A stretch of 33,460 nucleotides of DNA from NCBI GenBank assembly GCA_016934125.1, contig JAFGTL010000389.1, positions 1-33,460 of the forward strand. Reading direction: 5' to 3'. This DNA comes from Candidatus Hydrogenedentota bacterium (GTDB lineage Bacteria > Hydrogenedentota > Hydrogenedentia > Hydrogenedentales > SLHB01). The notes beneath the pieces are model-generated. The model searched no databases. It was not told the DNA's origin and saw only the letters and a program-made list of their open reading frames with translations. Both the position numbers and the translations under genes were made by a program. Below, piece after piece: positions 1-9,979 of the stretch; within the stretch, counting starts at the first letter, position 1, and the number at the start of each line of letters is the position of its first letter.

Positions 1-177
1 CCGAAGGTGCGCGGTGTCGTGATGAACCCGGTGGATCACCCGCACGGCGGCGGCGAAGGCCGCACGTCGGGCGGGCGGCATCCGGTGTCGCCGTGGGGCG
101 TGCCGACCAAGGGCCACCGGACGCGGGATAAGAACGCGCGATCGAACATGTACATCATCCGGCGGAGAAAGTCGTAA
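1..177 (+). CDS. rplB: 50S ribosomal protein L2, C-terminal fragment (5' end outside window)
   Basis: Frame 1 from base 1 reads [58 protein letters not shown], then TAA at 175-177. HPHGGGEG is the conserved L2 C-terminal motif. It sits directly upstream of rpsS, as in S10 operons. Confidence 0.9.
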   Translation, partial: PKVRGVVMNPVDHPHGGGEGRTSGGRHPVSPWGVPTKGHRTRDKNARSNMYIIRRRKS

Positions 178-222
178 ACGCGGGCCAAGCGCGGCCCGGA
201 GGCGCATTGGGAGAACGAGAAA

Positions 223-510
223 GTGCCACGGTCAGTCAAGAAAGGCCCCTTCGTTGACGAGCACCTGATGAAGCGGGTCGAGAAGCAGATGTCGAGCGGT
301 GACAAGCGAGTGATCCGGACGTGGTCCCGGCGATCGACGGTGGTCCCCGAGATGGTGGGACTCACAGTCGCCGTACACAACGGGATGAAGTTCATGCCGG
401 TGTTTGTCACCGAGAACATGGTAGGGCACAAGCTGGGTGAGTTTGCGCCGACGCGGACCTTCCGGGCCCACGCCGGCACCAAGGCCCAGAAGGCGAGCCG
501 AGGAGCATAG
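223..510 (+). CDS. rpsS: 30S ribosomal protein S19
   Basis: GTG start, 95 aa. [19 protein letters not shown]...[32 protein letters not shown] is a typical S19 sequence. Operon position is between rplB and rplV. Confidence 0.97.
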   Translation: MPRSVKKGPFVDEHLMKRVEKQMSSGDKRVIRTWSRRSTVVPEMVGLTVAVHNGMKFMPVFVTENMVGHKLGEFAPTRTFRAHAGTKAQKASRGA

Positions 511-512
511 CG

Positions 513-863
513 ATGGCGCAAGCGATTTCACGGGCCAAGCACGTGCGCGTGTCGGCGCGTAAGGTGCGCCTGGTGGCCGACTTGATCCGGGGTAAGAAGG
601 TGTCTGATGCGCTGGACATCCTCATGTTTGCCCCGCAGGGCGCGGCGCCTGTGCTGAAGAAGGTGCTGGCATCGGCGGTGGCCAATGCCGAGAGCGCCGC
701 GGCCGAGGCGCGCGAGCGGATCGATACGGACGAGATGATCATAACGCAGTTGCTGGTGGATGAAGGGATCACGATGAAACGGTTTCGCGCCGCGCCCCGC
801 AGGCGGGCCGTGCCGATCCGGAAGCGGACGAGCCACATTCATCTGGTCATCAGCGAACGGTAA
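513..863 (+). CDS. rplV: 50S ribosomal protein L22
   Basis: 116 aa. [37 protein letters not shown] is a typical L22 N-terminus. Conserved operon position. Confidence 0.97.
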   Translation: MAQAISRAKHVRVSARKVRLVADLIRGKKVSDALDILMFAPQGAAPVLKKVLASAVANAESAAAEARERIDTDEMIITQLLVDEGITMKRFRAAPRRRAVPIRKRTSHIHLVISER

Positions 864-874
864 GGAGTAAGCCG

Positions 875-1576
875 GTGGGTCAGAAGGTACATCCGTTGGG
901 CTTTCGGCTCGGTGTGACGCGCACGTGGAGTTCCATGTGGTACGCGGGTCGGGATTATGCAAACCTGCTGCACGAGGATCTCAAGCTGCGCGACTACGTG
1001 AAGAAGCGCCTGTATCAGACGGGCGTGGCCAAGGTGGACATCGAGCGGGCGGGCCGGAAGGCGAAACTCCACATCTACACCGCGCGGCCGGGCCTGGTCA
1101 TCGGGCAGCGGGGCGCGGAGGTCGACAAGCTGCGCTACGAACTCGAGCGGCTGACGGGCCGTGAGCTGCTGATCAACATCCACGAGGTGTTGAGCCCCGA
1201 GCTGAGCGCCCAGTTGGTCGCCGAGGGGATCGCCTCGCAGCTCGAGCGGCGGGTTTCGTTCCGCCGGGCCATGAAGAAGGCGATTCAGAACACCATGCGC
1301 CTGGGTGCCAAGGGGATCCGGGTGCGCGTGGCGGGGCGGCTGAACGGCGCCGAGATCGCGCGCCAGGAGTCGGCCATGGAGGGCAGCGTGCCGCTCCACA
1401 CCCTGCGGGCCAACGTGGACTACGGGCAGGCGACGTGTTTCGCCACGTACGGGACGGTGGGCGTGAAATGTTGGATCTACCACGGCGATGTGCCCCCGGG
1501 CGAAATGGTGACCGGACTGGCGGAAGCCCGTGGTTTGACCGGTGGGCGGCGTGACCGCGGCCCTGGACGGAAGTAG
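875..1576 (+). CDS. rpsC: 30S ribosomal protein S3
   Basis: 233 aa. [24 protein letters not shown]... followed by a KH-domain-like [14 protein letters not shown]. Conserved operon position. Confidence 0.97.
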   Translation: MGQKVHPLGFRLGVTRTWSSMWYAGRDYANLLHEDLKLRDYVKKRLYQTGVAKVDIERAGRKAKLHIYTARPGLVIGQRGAEVDKLRYELERLTGRELLINIHEVLSPELSAQLVAEGIASQLERRVSFRRAMKKAIQNTMRLGAKGIRVRVAGRLNGAEIARQESAMEGSVPLHTLRANVDYGQATCFATYGTVGVKCWIYHGDVPPGEMVTGLAEARGLTGGRRDRGPGRK

Positions 1577-1594
1577 GCGAGGAGAGACGTTGCC

Positions 1595-2002
1595 ATGTTG
1601 ATGCCGAAGCGAGTGAAACACCGCAAGGTGCAGCGGGGCCGGCGATCCGGGAACAGCAAGGGCAGTACGAACGTCGATTTCGGCGAGTACGGCCTGAAGG
1701 CGGTTGCCGACGGTTGGGTGACCGCCCGGCAAATCGAGGCGGCCCGTATCGCGCTCACGCGCCACGTGAAACGCGGTGGCAAAATCTGGATCCGCGTGTT
1801 TCCGGACAAACCGGTTACGAAGAAGCCTGCCGAGGTCCGGATGGGCAAGGGCAAGGGCGCTCCCGAGGAATGGGTGGCCGTCGTGAAGCCCGGCCGGGTT
1901 CTCTTCGAACTCGAGGGGGTTCCGGAGCCGTTGGCGCGGGAGGCCGTGCGCCTGGCCGGCCACAAGCTGCCGCTGGCGACCAAGTTTGTGAAGCGCGTGT
2001 AA
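1595..2002 (+). CDS. rplP: 50S ribosomal protein L16
   Basis: 135 aa. [17 protein letters not shown]...[24 protein letters not shown] is a typical L16 sequence. Confidence 0.97.
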   Translation: MLMPKRVKHRKVQRGRRSGNSKGSTNVDFGEYGLKAVADGWVTARQIEAARIALTRHVKRGGKIWIRVFPDKPVTKKPAEVRMGKGKGAPEEWVAVVKPGRVLFELEGVPEPLAREAVRLAGHKLPLATKFVKRV

Positions 2003-2026
2003 GGGCGGGCCGCCCCACGGGCCCCG

Positions 2027-2251
2027 ATGGGAGATGCACAGGTGAAGGCGAGTGAACTGCTGGAATTGAGCGGCGAGGAGTTGGCGCAGCGGCTGCGGGA
2101 GCGCTGCGACGACTTGGCGTCGTTTCGGATGCAGATGACAACCGGGACCGTCGACAACGTGCGCGCGGCGCGCACCGCCCGGCGCGACATCGCCCGGATC
2201 AAAACGGTGATGCGGCAGCGCGAGCTGGCCGCCCAAAGAGAGGCGCAGTAA
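2027..2251 (+). CDS. rpmC: 50S ribosomal protein L29
   Basis: 74 aa. It has the [17 protein letters not shown]...[12 protein letters not shown] pattern of L29. Operon position is between rplP and rpsQ. Confidence 0.9.
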   Translation: MGDAQVKASELLELSGEELAQRLRERCDDLASFRMQMTTGTVDNVRAARTARRDIARIKTVMRQRELAAQREAQ

Positions 2252-2253
2252 CG

Positions 2254-2511
2254 ATGGCAGAACGGGGTCGCAGCAAGGAACGGGTAGGCATCGTCACGAG
2301 CACCGCGATGGACAAGACCATCACCGTCTCAGTCGAGCGGCTGGTGCAGCACCGGCTGTACAAGAAGTCCATCAAACGCACCAAGAAGCTGAAGGCGCAC
2401 GACAGCGGGAATACGTGCCAGGTGGGCGACGTCGTTCGGATCCGCGAAACGCGTCCGTTGAGCAAGACGAAGCGGTGGCGCTTGGTTGAGATCGTGAAGC
2501 GGGCCGACTAG
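2254..2511 (+). CDS. rpsQ: 30S ribosomal protein S17
   Basis: 85 aa. [39 protein letters not shown]...[18 protein letters not shown] is a typical S17 sequence. Confidence 0.95.
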   Translation: MAERGRSKERVGIVTSTAMDKTITVSVERLVQHRLYKKSIKRTKKLKAHDSGNTCQVGDVVRIRETRPLSKTKRWRLVEIVKRAD

Positions 2512-2530
2512 CCCGTAGAGGAAAGGTGTC

Positions 2531-2899
2531 ATGATTCAGATTTACTCGAATCTCAACGTAGCGGACAACACCGGGGCGCGGCGGATCCGATGCATCCAGG
2601 TCATGGGAGGCACGCGCAGGCGTTATGCCCGCGTTGGCGATATCATCACGGCGACGGTGAAAGAGGCGTTGCCGAATTCGGGCGTGAAAAAAGGCGACGT
2701 GGTCAAGGCGGTGGTCGTGCGAACCAAGCAGGACACGCAGCGGCCCGACGGAACCGTGATCCGGTTTGACACGAACGCGGCGGTGCTGCTGGCAGGGGGC
2801 CAGGAGCCCCGGGGCACCCGCATTTTCGGCCCGGTGCCCCGCGAACTGCGGGAGAAGGGCTTCATGCGGATCGTGTCGTTGGCGCCGGAAGTGGTATAG
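2531..2899 (+). CDS. rplN: 50S ribosomal protein L14
   Basis: 122 aa. [24 protein letters not shown]... is a typical L14 sequence. Confidence 0.97.
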   Translation: MIQIYSNLNVADNTGARRIRCIQVMGGTRRRYARVGDIITATVKEALPNSGVKKGDVVKAVVVRTKQDTQRPDGTVIRFDTNAAVLLAGGQEPRGTRIFGPVPRELREKGFMRIVSLAPEVV

Positions 2900-2910
2900 G
2901 GATTCACACA

Positions 2911-3225
2911 ATGCATATTCGGAAAGGCGATACGGTGGTGGTCATCACCGGGAAATACAAGGGCCGCCGCGGCCGCGTCCTGGGCGTGCTCCCGTCCGAA
3001 CAGCGCGTCCTCGTCGAGGGCGTGAACATGATCAAGCGGCACACCCGCCCCACGAACCGGAACCAACAGGGCGGCATTGTCGAGCGGGAAGCCCCGATCC
3101 ACCTCAGCAACGTCATGGCGTGGTGCGACGCGGCGAACCAGCCGTCGAAGATTGTGATGAAGCGTCTCGAAGACGGGACGCGGGTACGGGTATACAAGGT
3201 CAACGGTGAGACGCTAAATGACTAG
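2911..3225 (+). CDS. rplX: 50S ribosomal protein L24
   Basis: 104 aa. MHIRKGDTVVVITGKYKGRRGRVLGV is the KOW motif of L24. Confidence 0.95.
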   Translation: MHIRKGDTVVVITGKYKGRRGRVLGVLPSEQRVLVEGVNMIKRHTRPTNRNQQGGIVEREAPIHLSNVMAWCDAANQPSKIVMKRLEDGTRVRVYKVNGETLND

Positions 3226-3261
3226 AGCGATCGCGTAACAAACCGGAAGCGCGACGCTCTA
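3223..3261 (+). promoter_or_regulatory. Intercistronic RNA hairpin spanning the rplX stop codon, just upstream of the rplE RBS and GTG start
   Basis: The 5' arm TAGAGCGaTCGCG (3223-3235, one bulged A at 3230) pairs with CGCGACGCTCTA (3250-3261), with a 14-nt loop TAACAAACCGGAAG. The RBS-like GAGGG and the GTG at 3278 follow. The function is not established; a translational operator or an mRNA-processing/stability element are both possible. Confidence 0.3.
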
Positions 3262-3277
3262 GAGAGAGAGGGTTACC

Positions 3278-3823
3278 GTGGCAGCGAGACTCAAGGAACG
3301 ATACGAGGCCGAGATTCTGCCGGCGATGCGGAAGCAGTTCGAGTACAAGAACGTGATGGAAGTGCCCCGGCTCGAGAAGATCGTGCTGAACATGGGCGTC
3401 GGCGACGCGACCGCCGAGCCGCGCATGCTCGATGCGGCCATGGAAGAGCTGGCGATCATCACCGGGCAGAAGCCCAGCATCCGGAAGGCCCGGCGCTCGA
3501 TTGCGAGCTTCAAGGTGCGTGAGGGCGCCAACGTGGGCTGCACGGTCACCCTGCGCGGCGCGCGCATGTACGAGTTCATGGATCGGTTGTTGAACGTCGC
3601 GATTCCGCGTATCCGCGACTTCCGGGGCGTGTCGCCGGACAGCTTCGACGCGCACGGGAACTACACGATGGGCCTGCGGGAACAGACGATCTTCCCGGAG
3701 GTGAGCGTGGACGCGGTGAGCCGGGTTCGCGGGATGAACGTGACTTTTGTGATCAAGAACGCGCGGACGGCCGAGGAAGGCCGCGAACTGCTGCGCCACT
3801 TCGGGATGCCGTTCCGCAATTGA
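3278..3823 (+). CDS. rplE: 50S ribosomal protein L5
   Basis: GTG start, 181 aa. LKERYEAEILPAMRKQFEYKNVMEVPRLEKIVLNMGVG is a typical L5 sequence. Confidence 0.97.
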   Translation: MAARLKERYEAEILPAMRKQFEYKNVMEVPRLEKIVLNMGVGDATAEPRMLDAAMEELAIITGQKPSIRKARRSIASFKVREGANVGCTVTLRGARMYEFMDRLLNVAIPRIRDFRGVSPDSFDAHGNYTMGLREQTIFPEVSVDAVSRVRGMNVTFVIKNARTAEEGRELLRHFGMPFRN

Positions 3824-3866
3824 GCGCGGAGCAGCTCACAGCGCAGGCTGAAGTCAGGAGGAAACT

Positions 3867-4052
3867 GTGGCGAAGAAATCGCTAATCGCCAAGACGGCTC
3901 GACGGCCCAAGTTTGGTGTGCGCGCATATCGCCGGTGCCGGCTTTGTGGCCGGCCCCGGGGCTACATGCGCAGGTTCGGGATCTGCCGGATCTGTTTCCG
4001 GCAACTGGCGCTTGAAGGCAAGCTGCCAGGCGTGACCAAGTCGAGCTGGTAG
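3867..4052 (+). CDS. rpsN: 30S ribosomal protein S14, short zinc-ribbon (type Z) form
   Basis: 61 aa ending in KSSW. Two CxxC pairs are present (CRLCGRP...CRICFR). Confidence 0.95.
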   Translation: MAKKSLIAKTARRPKFGVRAYRRCRLCGRPRGYMRRFGICRICFRQLALEGKLPGVTKSSW

Positions 4053-4070
4053 GCACAGGGGAATCATACG

Positions 4071-4469
4071 ATGTCGATGAGCGATCCGATTTCCGATCTG
4101 CTGACGCGGATTCGCAATGCGTTGTTGACGGGCCGCGAGCGCGTGGAAGTTCCCGCGTCGCGTCTCAAGGAAGAGATTTGCGCCGTGTTGCAGCGGGAAG
4201 GGTACATAGAAGGGTGTGAGGTCGTCCCGGACGGCAAACAGGGCCGGCTGATGATCCGGCTGAAGTACACGAGCGACGGCAGCCCGGTGTTGCAGGGCCT
4301 GCGGCGCGTGAGCAAGCCGAGCCTGCGCGTCTACGCCAAGGGTGGGCAGGTTCGGCCCGTTCGCAGCGGCTTGGGCATCTCGATCCTCACGACCTCGCAC
4401 GGCGTGATGACGGGCAAGCAGGCCCGCGAGAGGAATGCCGGTGGCGAGGTGTTGTGCGAGGTGTGGTAA
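4071..4469 (+). CDS. rpsH: 30S ribosomal protein S8
   Basis: 132 aa. MSMSDPISDLLTRIRNALLTGRERVEVPAS is a typical S8 N-terminus. Confidence 0.97.
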   Translation: MSMSDPISDLLTRIRNALLTGRERVEVPASRLKEEICAVLQREGYIEGCEVVPDGKQGRLMIRLKYTSDGSPVLQGLRRVSKPSLRVYAKGGQVRPVRSGLGISILTTSHGVMTGKQARERNAGGEVLCEVW

Positions 4470-4528
4470 GGCCGGCCGCCGCGTGCGGTGCCGCGAGCGC
4501 AATACGTTGTAGGAAAGGAACGTAGACC

Positions 4529-5074
4529 GTGTCAAGGATAGGAAAAGTCCCGGTCCCCATTCCCGGCGGGGCCACGTGCAAGCTGACGGGTTCCCGGCTC
4601 ACGGTGAAAGGGCCCAAGGGCGAGCTGGAGCGGGTTCTGCCCGGCGAGATCGGCGTGGCGGTGAATGCCGACGAGATCGTGGTTACCCGCCCAAGCGACG
4701 CGCCCGCCCATCGGGCGCTCCACGGGCTTACGCGCGCCCTGATCAACAACATGATTATCGGGGTGACGGCGGGATTCGAGAGAGTGCTGGAAGTCCACGG
4801 CGTCGGCTACCGCGCTTCCCTGCAGGGCAAGGCGCTGAATCTGGCGCTGGGATTCAGCCATCCCGTGACCATCGACCCGCCCGCGGGAATCACGTTCGCC
4901 GTGGAAGGCACCCAGACCATCCGGGTGTCGGGCATCGATAAGGAACTGGTCGGGCAGACCGCCGCCGACATCCGCGCGCTGCGCAAGCCGGAGCCCTACA
5001 AAGGCAAGGGCATTCGGTACGCGAACGAACACGTGCGGCGGAAGGTCGGCAAGGCCGGCGCGGGCGCCGCGTAG
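4529..5074 (+). CDS. rplF: 50S ribosomal protein L6
   Basis: GTG start, 181 aa. [34 protein letters not shown] is a typical L6 sequence. Confidence 0.97.
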   Translation: MSRIGKVPVPIPGGATCKLTGSRLTVKGPKGELERVLPGEIGVAVNADEIVVTRPSDAPAHRALHGLTRALINNMIIGVTAGFERVLEVHGVGYRASLQGKALNLALGFSHPVTIDPPAGITFAVEGTQTIRVSGIDKELVGQTAADIRALRKPEPYKGKGIRYANEHVRRKVGKAGAGAA

Positions 5075-5091
5075 CAAGGAGACTGGGCATC

Positions 5092-5445
5092 ATGGCGAAG
5101 GCAAAGGGCAAGGCGTTCAGGCTGGCGCGGCGCAAGCGGCGCATCCGCAGCCGGATCCAGGGCGTACCGGAGCGGCCCCGGCTGTCGGTATTCCGCTCGT
5201 TGGACCACATTTATGCGCAGATCATCGACGATACGACCGGTCGCACGGTGGCCTCGGAATCGTCGTTGGCAATGAAGATCAAGGGCGGCAACATCGGTGC
5301 GGCGCGCGAGGTTGGCAAGGCGCTCGCCGAAAAGGCGAAGGCGGCGTCCGTGACCCGGGTCCAGTTCGACCGGGGAGGCCGATTGTACCACGGACGACTC
5401 AAGGCGCTGGCCGATGCGGCGCGGGAAGCAGGACTGGAATTCTAG
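5092..5445 (+). CDS. rplR: 50S ribosomal protein L18
   Basis: 117 aa. [35 protein letters not shown]...[26 protein letters not shown] is a typical L18 sequence. Confidence 0.95.
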   Translation: MAKAKGKAFRLARRKRRIRSRIQGVPERPRLSVFRSLDHIYAQIIDDTTGRTVASESSLAMKIKGGNIGAAREVGKALAEKAKAASVTRVQFDRGGRLYHGRLKALADAAREAGLEF

Positions 5446-5455
5446 GAGATAGGGT

Positions 5456-5992
5456 TTGAGCACGGGACGAAACAAACGAGAAGCCCGCAGCGACCGGCGC
5501 CCGAGGGAACAGGAAGAATCCAACTTCATCGAGCAGGTCGTCAAGATCTACCGCGTGGCCAAGGTGGTGAAGGGCGGGCGCAACTTCCGGTTCAGCGCGG
5601 TCGTGGTCGTGGGCGACGGGCAAGGCCGGGTCGGCGTGGCCAAGGGCAAGGCGCGCGAAGTGCCCGATGCCATCCGCAAGGCCATCGAGCGCGCCAAGCG
5701 CGACATGGAAGAGGTGCCGGTCGTGAACACGACGATCCCGCATGAGGTGATCGGGCGTGCGGGGGCGGCGCGGGTGTTGCTGAAGCCGGCTTCCCTGGGC
5801 ACGGGCGTCATCGCGGGCGGGGCCGTCCGCGCCGTCGTCGAGGCGGCCGGATACCAGAACATCCTGACCAAGTCGCTGGGGTCCAACAACGCCACCAACG
5901 TCGTGTGGGCCACCATGGACGGGCTTCGCCAGTTGAAGACGGCCGAACAAGTGGCATCCACGCGCGATCTATCGGTCGCCGAAGTGTTGTAG
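5456..5992 (+). CDS. rpsE: 30S ribosomal protein S5
   Basis: TTG start, 178 aa. [49 protein letters not shown] is the S5 core, preceded by a basic N-terminal extension. Confidence 0.95.
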   Translation: MSTGRNKREARSDRRPREQEESNFIEQVVKIYRVAKVVKGGRNFRFSAVVVVGDGQGRVGVAKGKAREVPDAIRKAIERAKRDMEEVPVVNTTIPHEVIGRAGAARVLLKPASLGTGVIAGGAVRAVVEAAGYQNILTKSLGSNNATNVVWATMDGLRQLKTAEQVASTRDLSVAEVL

Positions 5993-6057
5993 CAAGTTCC
6001 ACAGGCCCCGCCGGCGCACTGGCGCGCCGGGCTGTGGCCGGACAGAGGATAACGAAG

Positions 6058-6555
6058 ATGGATCTGAGTACGCTCACCAAGGCGCCTGGCGCGCGCAAGA
6101 AACGTAAGCGTTTGGGGCGGGGCTCCAGTTCGGGCACGGGCCAGACGGCCGGGCGCGGCGAGAAGGGGCAGAAATCCAGGTCGGGGTATTCCCGCCGGGG
6201 CGGATTCGAGGGTGGCCAGATGCCCCTGCACCGCCGGTTGCCCAAACGTGGATTCCACCAGGACGTCCGCTTTCCGTTCGCGCTGGTCAATGTCGAGCGG
6301 CTGGAGTGCGCGTTTGAATCGGGCGCCGAGGTGACGCCCGAGACCCTGGCCGCGGCGGGCATTGTCGAGCCGAGCAAGGGGGGGGTGAAGATCCTGGGCC
6401 GCGGCGAGCTCACGAAGAAGCTGGCGGTCAAGGCGAACGCCATCAGTGCCGGTGCCCGCCAGAAGATCGAGGCGGCCGGCGGAACGGTCGAGTTGATCCG
6501 CATCCCCTCGTGGCGGGAGGCCAAGGCGAAGCGGTCGGCGGAAGAGGAGCGGTAA
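6058..6555 (+). CDS. rplO: 50S ribosomal protein L15
   Basis: Internal ATG of the 5905..6555 ORF. MDLSTLTKAPGARKKRKRLGRGSSSGTGQTAGRGEKGQKSRSG is the L15 N-terminus. The longer ORF would overlap rpsE and adds non-homologous residues. No L30 gene lies in the 65-nt rpsE-rplO spacer. Confidence 0.93.
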   Translation: MDLSTLTKAPGARKKRKRLGRGSSSGTGQTAGRGEKGQKSRSGYSRRGGFEGGQMPLHRRLPKRGFHQDVRFPFALVNVERLECAFESGAEVTPETLAAAGIVEPSKGGVKILGRGELTKKLAVKANAISAGARQKIEAAGGTVELIRIPSWREAKAKRSAEEER

Positions 6556-6559
6556 CGCA

Positions 6560-7897
6560 GTGTCTCAGCCGTTAGAAGCCTTTCGGAACGCGTTTAAGAT
6601 CCCTGAGCTTAAGCAGCGGATCCTGTTCACCCTCGTCATGCTGGCCGTCTACCGGCTCGGCGCGCACGTGCCGACCCCGGGCATCGACGGTGAAGCGCTG
6701 TCGGGCGTGATGCACCGTATGGCGGGCGGCCTGCTGAGCTTCTATGACATGTTCACGGGCGGGGCGTTCGAACAGGCGACCGTGTTTGCGCTGGGCATCA
6801 TGCCCTACATCAGCGCATCCATCATCATGCAACTGCTCACGGCCGTCGTGCCCGCGCTTGAGAAGCTGGCCAAGGAAGGCGCGGAAGGCCAGAAGAAGAT
6901 CACCGAATACACCCGCTACGGCACCGTGGCCCTGTGCGTGGTCCAGTCGCTGGCCGTGGCCTCGTGGCTCGTGCAGCTCAACGAGCCGGGCACGGAGATT
7001 GTCGCGAATCCGGGCATCTTCTTCTACTTCATGTGCGCCCTCTCGTTCACCACGGGCACGGCCTTCATCATGTGGCTCGGTGAGCAGATCAGCGAATATG
7101 GCATCGGCAACGGCATCTCGCTCATCATCTTCGTCAGTATCGTCGCGCGGATGCCGTCTGCGTTGATCACCATGGTCCGCCTCGTCGGCGCGGGCGAGTT
7201 GTCCGTGTTCAAGGCCGGCGCCCTCGTCGCCTTGATGGTGGCGGTGGTGGCAGGAGTGATTCTCGTCACCACCGGCCAGCGCCGGGTGCCCGTGCAGTAT
7301 CCGCGGCAGGTGAAGGGGCGCAAGGTGTTCGGCGGCGCCCGGAACTACCTGCCTCTTCGCGTCAACCAGGCCGGCGTGATCCCCATCATTTTCGCCAGTT
7401 CGCTCCTCATGCTGCCGGGCATGGTGGCAAAGGCGATCAAAGTGGACTTCATCGAGAAGATTTTCACGGAGTGGCTCGACTACAATACGCTCCCGTACAA
7501 CATCATTTACGCGGCACTCATCATCTTCTTCTGTTATTTCTACACGGCCATTACGTTCAACCCCATCGAAATGGCCGACAACATGAAGAAATACGGCGGC
7601 GTTATCATGGGCGTGCGGCCGGGTAAGGCCACCGCCGAGTACCTCAACCGCGTCATGACGCGCATTACGCTGGTGGGCGCCCTGTTCCTGGCCGGCGTGG
7701 CCCTGCTGCCCAAGCTGGTGTACTCGGTCATGGAGGTCTACTACTGGCAGATCGCGAACTTCTTCGGCGGCACGAGCCTGTTGATTCTGGTGGGTGTGGC
7801 CCTCGACACCGTCCGCCAGATCGAGCAGCACCTCATCATGCGCCATTACGATGGATTCACAGGGAGCAGACGCATGCGCGGCCGGAGGCGCATGTAG
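6560..7897 (+). CDS. secY: Preprotein translocase subunit SecY
   Basis: GTG start, 445 aa, polytopic membrane protein. FKIPELKQRILFTLVMLAVYRLGAHVPTPGID and GIMPYISASIIMQLL are SecY hallmarks. Conserved position after rplO. Confidence 0.97.
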   Translation: MSQPLEAFRNAFKIPELKQRILFTLVMLAVYRLGAHVPTPGIDGEALSGVMHRMAGGLLSFYDMFTGGAFEQATVFALGIMPYISASIIMQLLTAVVPALEKLAKEGAEGQKKITEYTRYGTVALCVVQSLAVASWLVQLNEPGTEIVANPGIFFYFMCALSFTTGTAFIMWLGEQISEYGIGNGISLIIFVSIVARMPSALITMVRLVGAGELSVFKAGALVALMVAVVAGVILVTTGQRRVPVQYPRQVKGRKVFGGARNYLPLRVNQAGVIPIIFASSLLMLPGMVAKAIKVDFIEKIFTEWLDYNTLPYNIIYAALIIFFCYFYTAITFNPIEMADNMKKYGGVIMGVRPGKATAEYLNRVMTRITLVGALFLAGVALLPKLVYSVMEVYYWQIANFFGGTSLLILVGVALDTVRQIEQHLIMRHYDGFTGSRRMRGRRRM

Positions 7898-7931
7898 CGC
7901 AGCGGCACGAAATCGGAGAACGACCTTGGCT

Positions 7932-8603
7932 TTGCGTATCATCATGATGGGAGCGCCGGGGGCCGGCAAAGGCACCCAGGCCCAGCGGATCGCCGCCACG
8001 TACGGGGTGCCCCACATCTCGACAGGCGACATCTTCCGTGCCCATCTGAAGGACGGCACGGAACTCGGCCGCAAGGTACGCGGCTACCTCGACGCCGGCG
8101 AATTGGTGCCCGACGAGGTTACCTGCGACATCGTGGCGGGCCGCCTCGCCGAGGCCGACTGCGCCAACGGGTATGTCCTGGACGGGTTTCCACGCTCCAT
8201 CCCGCAGGCCGAGGCCCTGGGCCGGTTTCTGGACGCGCGGAATGAGCAGATCGACGTCGTCATCGACGTGGCCGTGCCCGACGAAGAGATCGTCGGGCGG
8301 TTGACCGCCCGGCGCACCTGCAAGAAGTGCGGCGCCATTTACAACCTGAAGTTCAGCCCGCCCGCCTCGGGCGACGGCACGCGGTGCGATCGCCCCGGCT
8401 GCGACGGTGAACTGAGCCAGCGCGGCGACGATCAGGAAGAGACGATCCGCCAGCGCCTGCGGGTATACCACGAAACGACCGAGCCGCTCCTGGCCTATTA
8501 CGACGAGCATGGCATTCTGAAGTCCGTTCCCGGCTCGGGCCTGAGCCCGGACGGTGTGTTCGAGAAAATTGAAGAGATCCTGTCGGCGGCGGGGCTGTCG
8601 TGA
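7932..8603 (+). CDS. adk: Adenylate kinase (with Cys-rich lid)
   Basis: (L/M)RIIMMGAPGAGKGTQAQRIA is the P-loop N-terminus, and the lid contains CKKC...CDRPGC. I chose the TTG at 7932. In-frame TTG 7926 and ATG 7944 are alternatives. The 7794 ORF start overlaps secY and is rejected. Confidence 0.9.
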   Translation: MRIIMMGAPGAGKGTQAQRIAATYGVPHISTGDIFRAHLKDGTELGRKVRGYLDAGELVPDEVTCDIVAGRLAEADCANGYVLDGFPRSIPQAEALGRFLDARNEQIDVVIDVAVPDEEIVGRLTARRTCKKCGAIYNLKFSPPASGDGTRCDRPGCDGELSQRGDDQEETIRQRLRVYHETTEPLLAYYDEHGILKSVPGSGLSPDGVFEKIEEILSAAGLS

Positions 8604-9391
8604 TCGCCATCCGCACCGAGCATGAGATCGGCCTGCTCCGTGAGGCCAACCAGATCGTCGCGGAGGCCTTGGTTACCTTGGCGGCGATGGTGGCCCCCGG
8701 GGTGACGACGGCCGAACTCGATGCGGCGGGCGAAGAGGTGATCCGGAAAGCGGGCGCGACGCCCTCGTTCCTGGGATACCACGGGTATCCTCGGGCGACG
8801 TGCATCTCGGCGGACGAGGTGATCGTCCACGGGATTCCGGGCAACCGGCGCCTCAAGGACGGCGAGATCGTCAGCATCGACGTCGGCGCTTGCTTCGAGG
8901 GGTACCACGGCGATGCGGCCGTCACCGTGGCCTGCGGCGACGTCGACGAGACCCGGCAACGGCTCATGGCGGCCACGGACTGCGCATTGGCGCGGGGAAT
9001 AGCGGCTGCACGGGCCGGCAGCTACCTCGTCGAGGTGTCCCGGGCGGTGCAACAGGCGGTTAAGGCGGCCGGATTTTCGGTGGTACGGGCCTTTGTCGGA
9101 CATGGGATCGGCACGGAGCTGCACGAAGAGCCGCAGATCCCGAATTTCGACACGGGTAGCCGCGGGCCGCTGTTGAAGCCCGGAATGGTTCTGGCGATCG
9201 AGCCGATGGTGAACGCCGGCACGAGCAAGGTAAACGTATTGCGCGACGGGTGGACGGCCGTTACGGCGGATCGGAAGCCCAGTGCGCACTTCGAGCATAG
9301 CATCGTGGTCCGCGACGGAGAGGCGGATATCCTCTCCGGCACGCCGCGGCTGGTGTGGGGCCACGGTTCGGAGCGTTCGTTGCGCAACTAG
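8600..9391 (+). CDS. map: Type I methionine aminopeptidase
   Basis: The GTG start overlaps the adk stop (GTGA). 263 aa. Typical MetAP features are present: GYHGYPRATCISADEVIVHGIP, DVGACFEGYHGD, FVGHGIG, EPM and FEHS. Confidence 0.95.
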   Translation: MIAIRTEHEIGLLREANQIVAEALVTLAAMVAPGVTTAELDAAGEEVIRKAGATPSFLGYHGYPRATCISADEVIVHGIPGNRRLKDGEIVSIDVGACFEGYHGDAAVTVACGDVDETRQRLMAATDCALARGIAAARAGSYLVEVSRAVQQAVKAAGFSVVRAFVGHGIGTELHEEPQIPNFDTGSRGPLLKPGMVLAIEPMVNAGTSKVNVLRDGWTAVTADRKPSAHFEHSIVVRDGEADILSGTPRLVWGHGSERSLRN

Positions 9392-9439
9392 ACGTGCGCC
9401 GGCCGCGTGATATACGGCGGCGGCGCCATGGAGAGAAGG

Positions 9440-9553
9440 ATGAAAGTGCGGAGTTCCGTCAAGAAGATGTGTGAGAAGTGCAAGATCATCCGCCGGCATG
9501 GAACGGTGCGGGTGATCTGTGAGAACCCGCGCCACAAGCAGCGCCAAGGCTGA
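9440..9553 (+). CDS. rpmJ: 50S ribosomal protein L36 (Zn-ribbon form)
   Basis: Not in the ORF track because it is too short. My translation is [37 protein letters not shown], then TGA at 9551-9553. A GAGAGAAGG RBS lies upstream. Conserved position before rpsM. Confidence 0.9.
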   Translation: MKVRSSVKKMCEKCKIIRRHGTVRVICENPRHKQRQG

Positions 9554-9600
9554 CCGCCTGAGGCCGCGGCCCGAGTGCGCCGCAGAGGAGAACGAATCGG

Positions 9601-9966
9601 ATGGCACGTGTAGTTGGAGTGGACCTTCCCCGCGAGAAGCGCGTGGAAGCGGGCCTGCAATACATCTATGGCATTGGGCCGACGCGGTCGATCGAGATTC
9701 TGAAGGAGACGGGCATCAGCCCGGACACGCGCGTGCGCGATCTGACGGACGAAGAGGTCAGCAGGCTTTCCTCGCTGATCAGCGCCAAGTACAAGGTCGA
9801 GGGCGACCTGCGCCGAGAAGTCACCGCGAACATCAAGCGCCTCATGGACATTAACAGCTATCGCGGGCTGCGGCACAAGCGGGGACTGCCCACGCGCGGC
9901 CAGCGCACACACACGAACGCACGAACGCGCAAGGGGCCGCGGGGCGCAACCATCAAGAGGAAATAG
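9601..9966 (+). CDS. rpsM: 30S ribosomal protein S13
   Basis: 121 aa. [34 protein letters not shown] is a typical S13 sequence. Confidence 0.97.
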   Translation: MARVVGVDLPREKRVEAGLQYIYGIGPTRSIEILKETGISPDTRVRDLTDEEVSRLSSLISAKYKVEGDLRREVTANIKRLMDINSYRGLRHKRGLPTRGQRTHTNARTRKGPRGATIKRK

Positions 9967-9979
9967 GAGGATCGGCTAA

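Noticed and set aside
5905-6057. 5'-extended ORF starts reported by the ORF track: rplO at 5905, adk at 7794, rpoA at 10305, DUF1080 at 12096, oxidoreductase at 14158, amidohydrolase at 15613, HTH-cyclase at 19552, ahcY at 20387, URO-D-like at 22006, sufC at 23185, sufB-like at 23844, DUF1858 at 30516, cstA at 32635, receiver at 33459
   Set aside because: In each case the extension overlaps the upstream gene or a terminator/promoter, or adds Arg/Pro-rich residues absent from the family N-terminus. In each case an internal start with an RBS reproduces the canonical N-terminus.
6572-8074. 500-aa ORF on the minus strand. Comparable antisense ORFs lie at 839-2236, 8498-9607, 20228-21673 and 22447-23925.
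   Set aside because: Each lies opposite a confidently identified conserved gene (secY/adk, rpsC/rplP, map, ahcY, URO-D-like/sufC). Each shows the same low-complexity composition.
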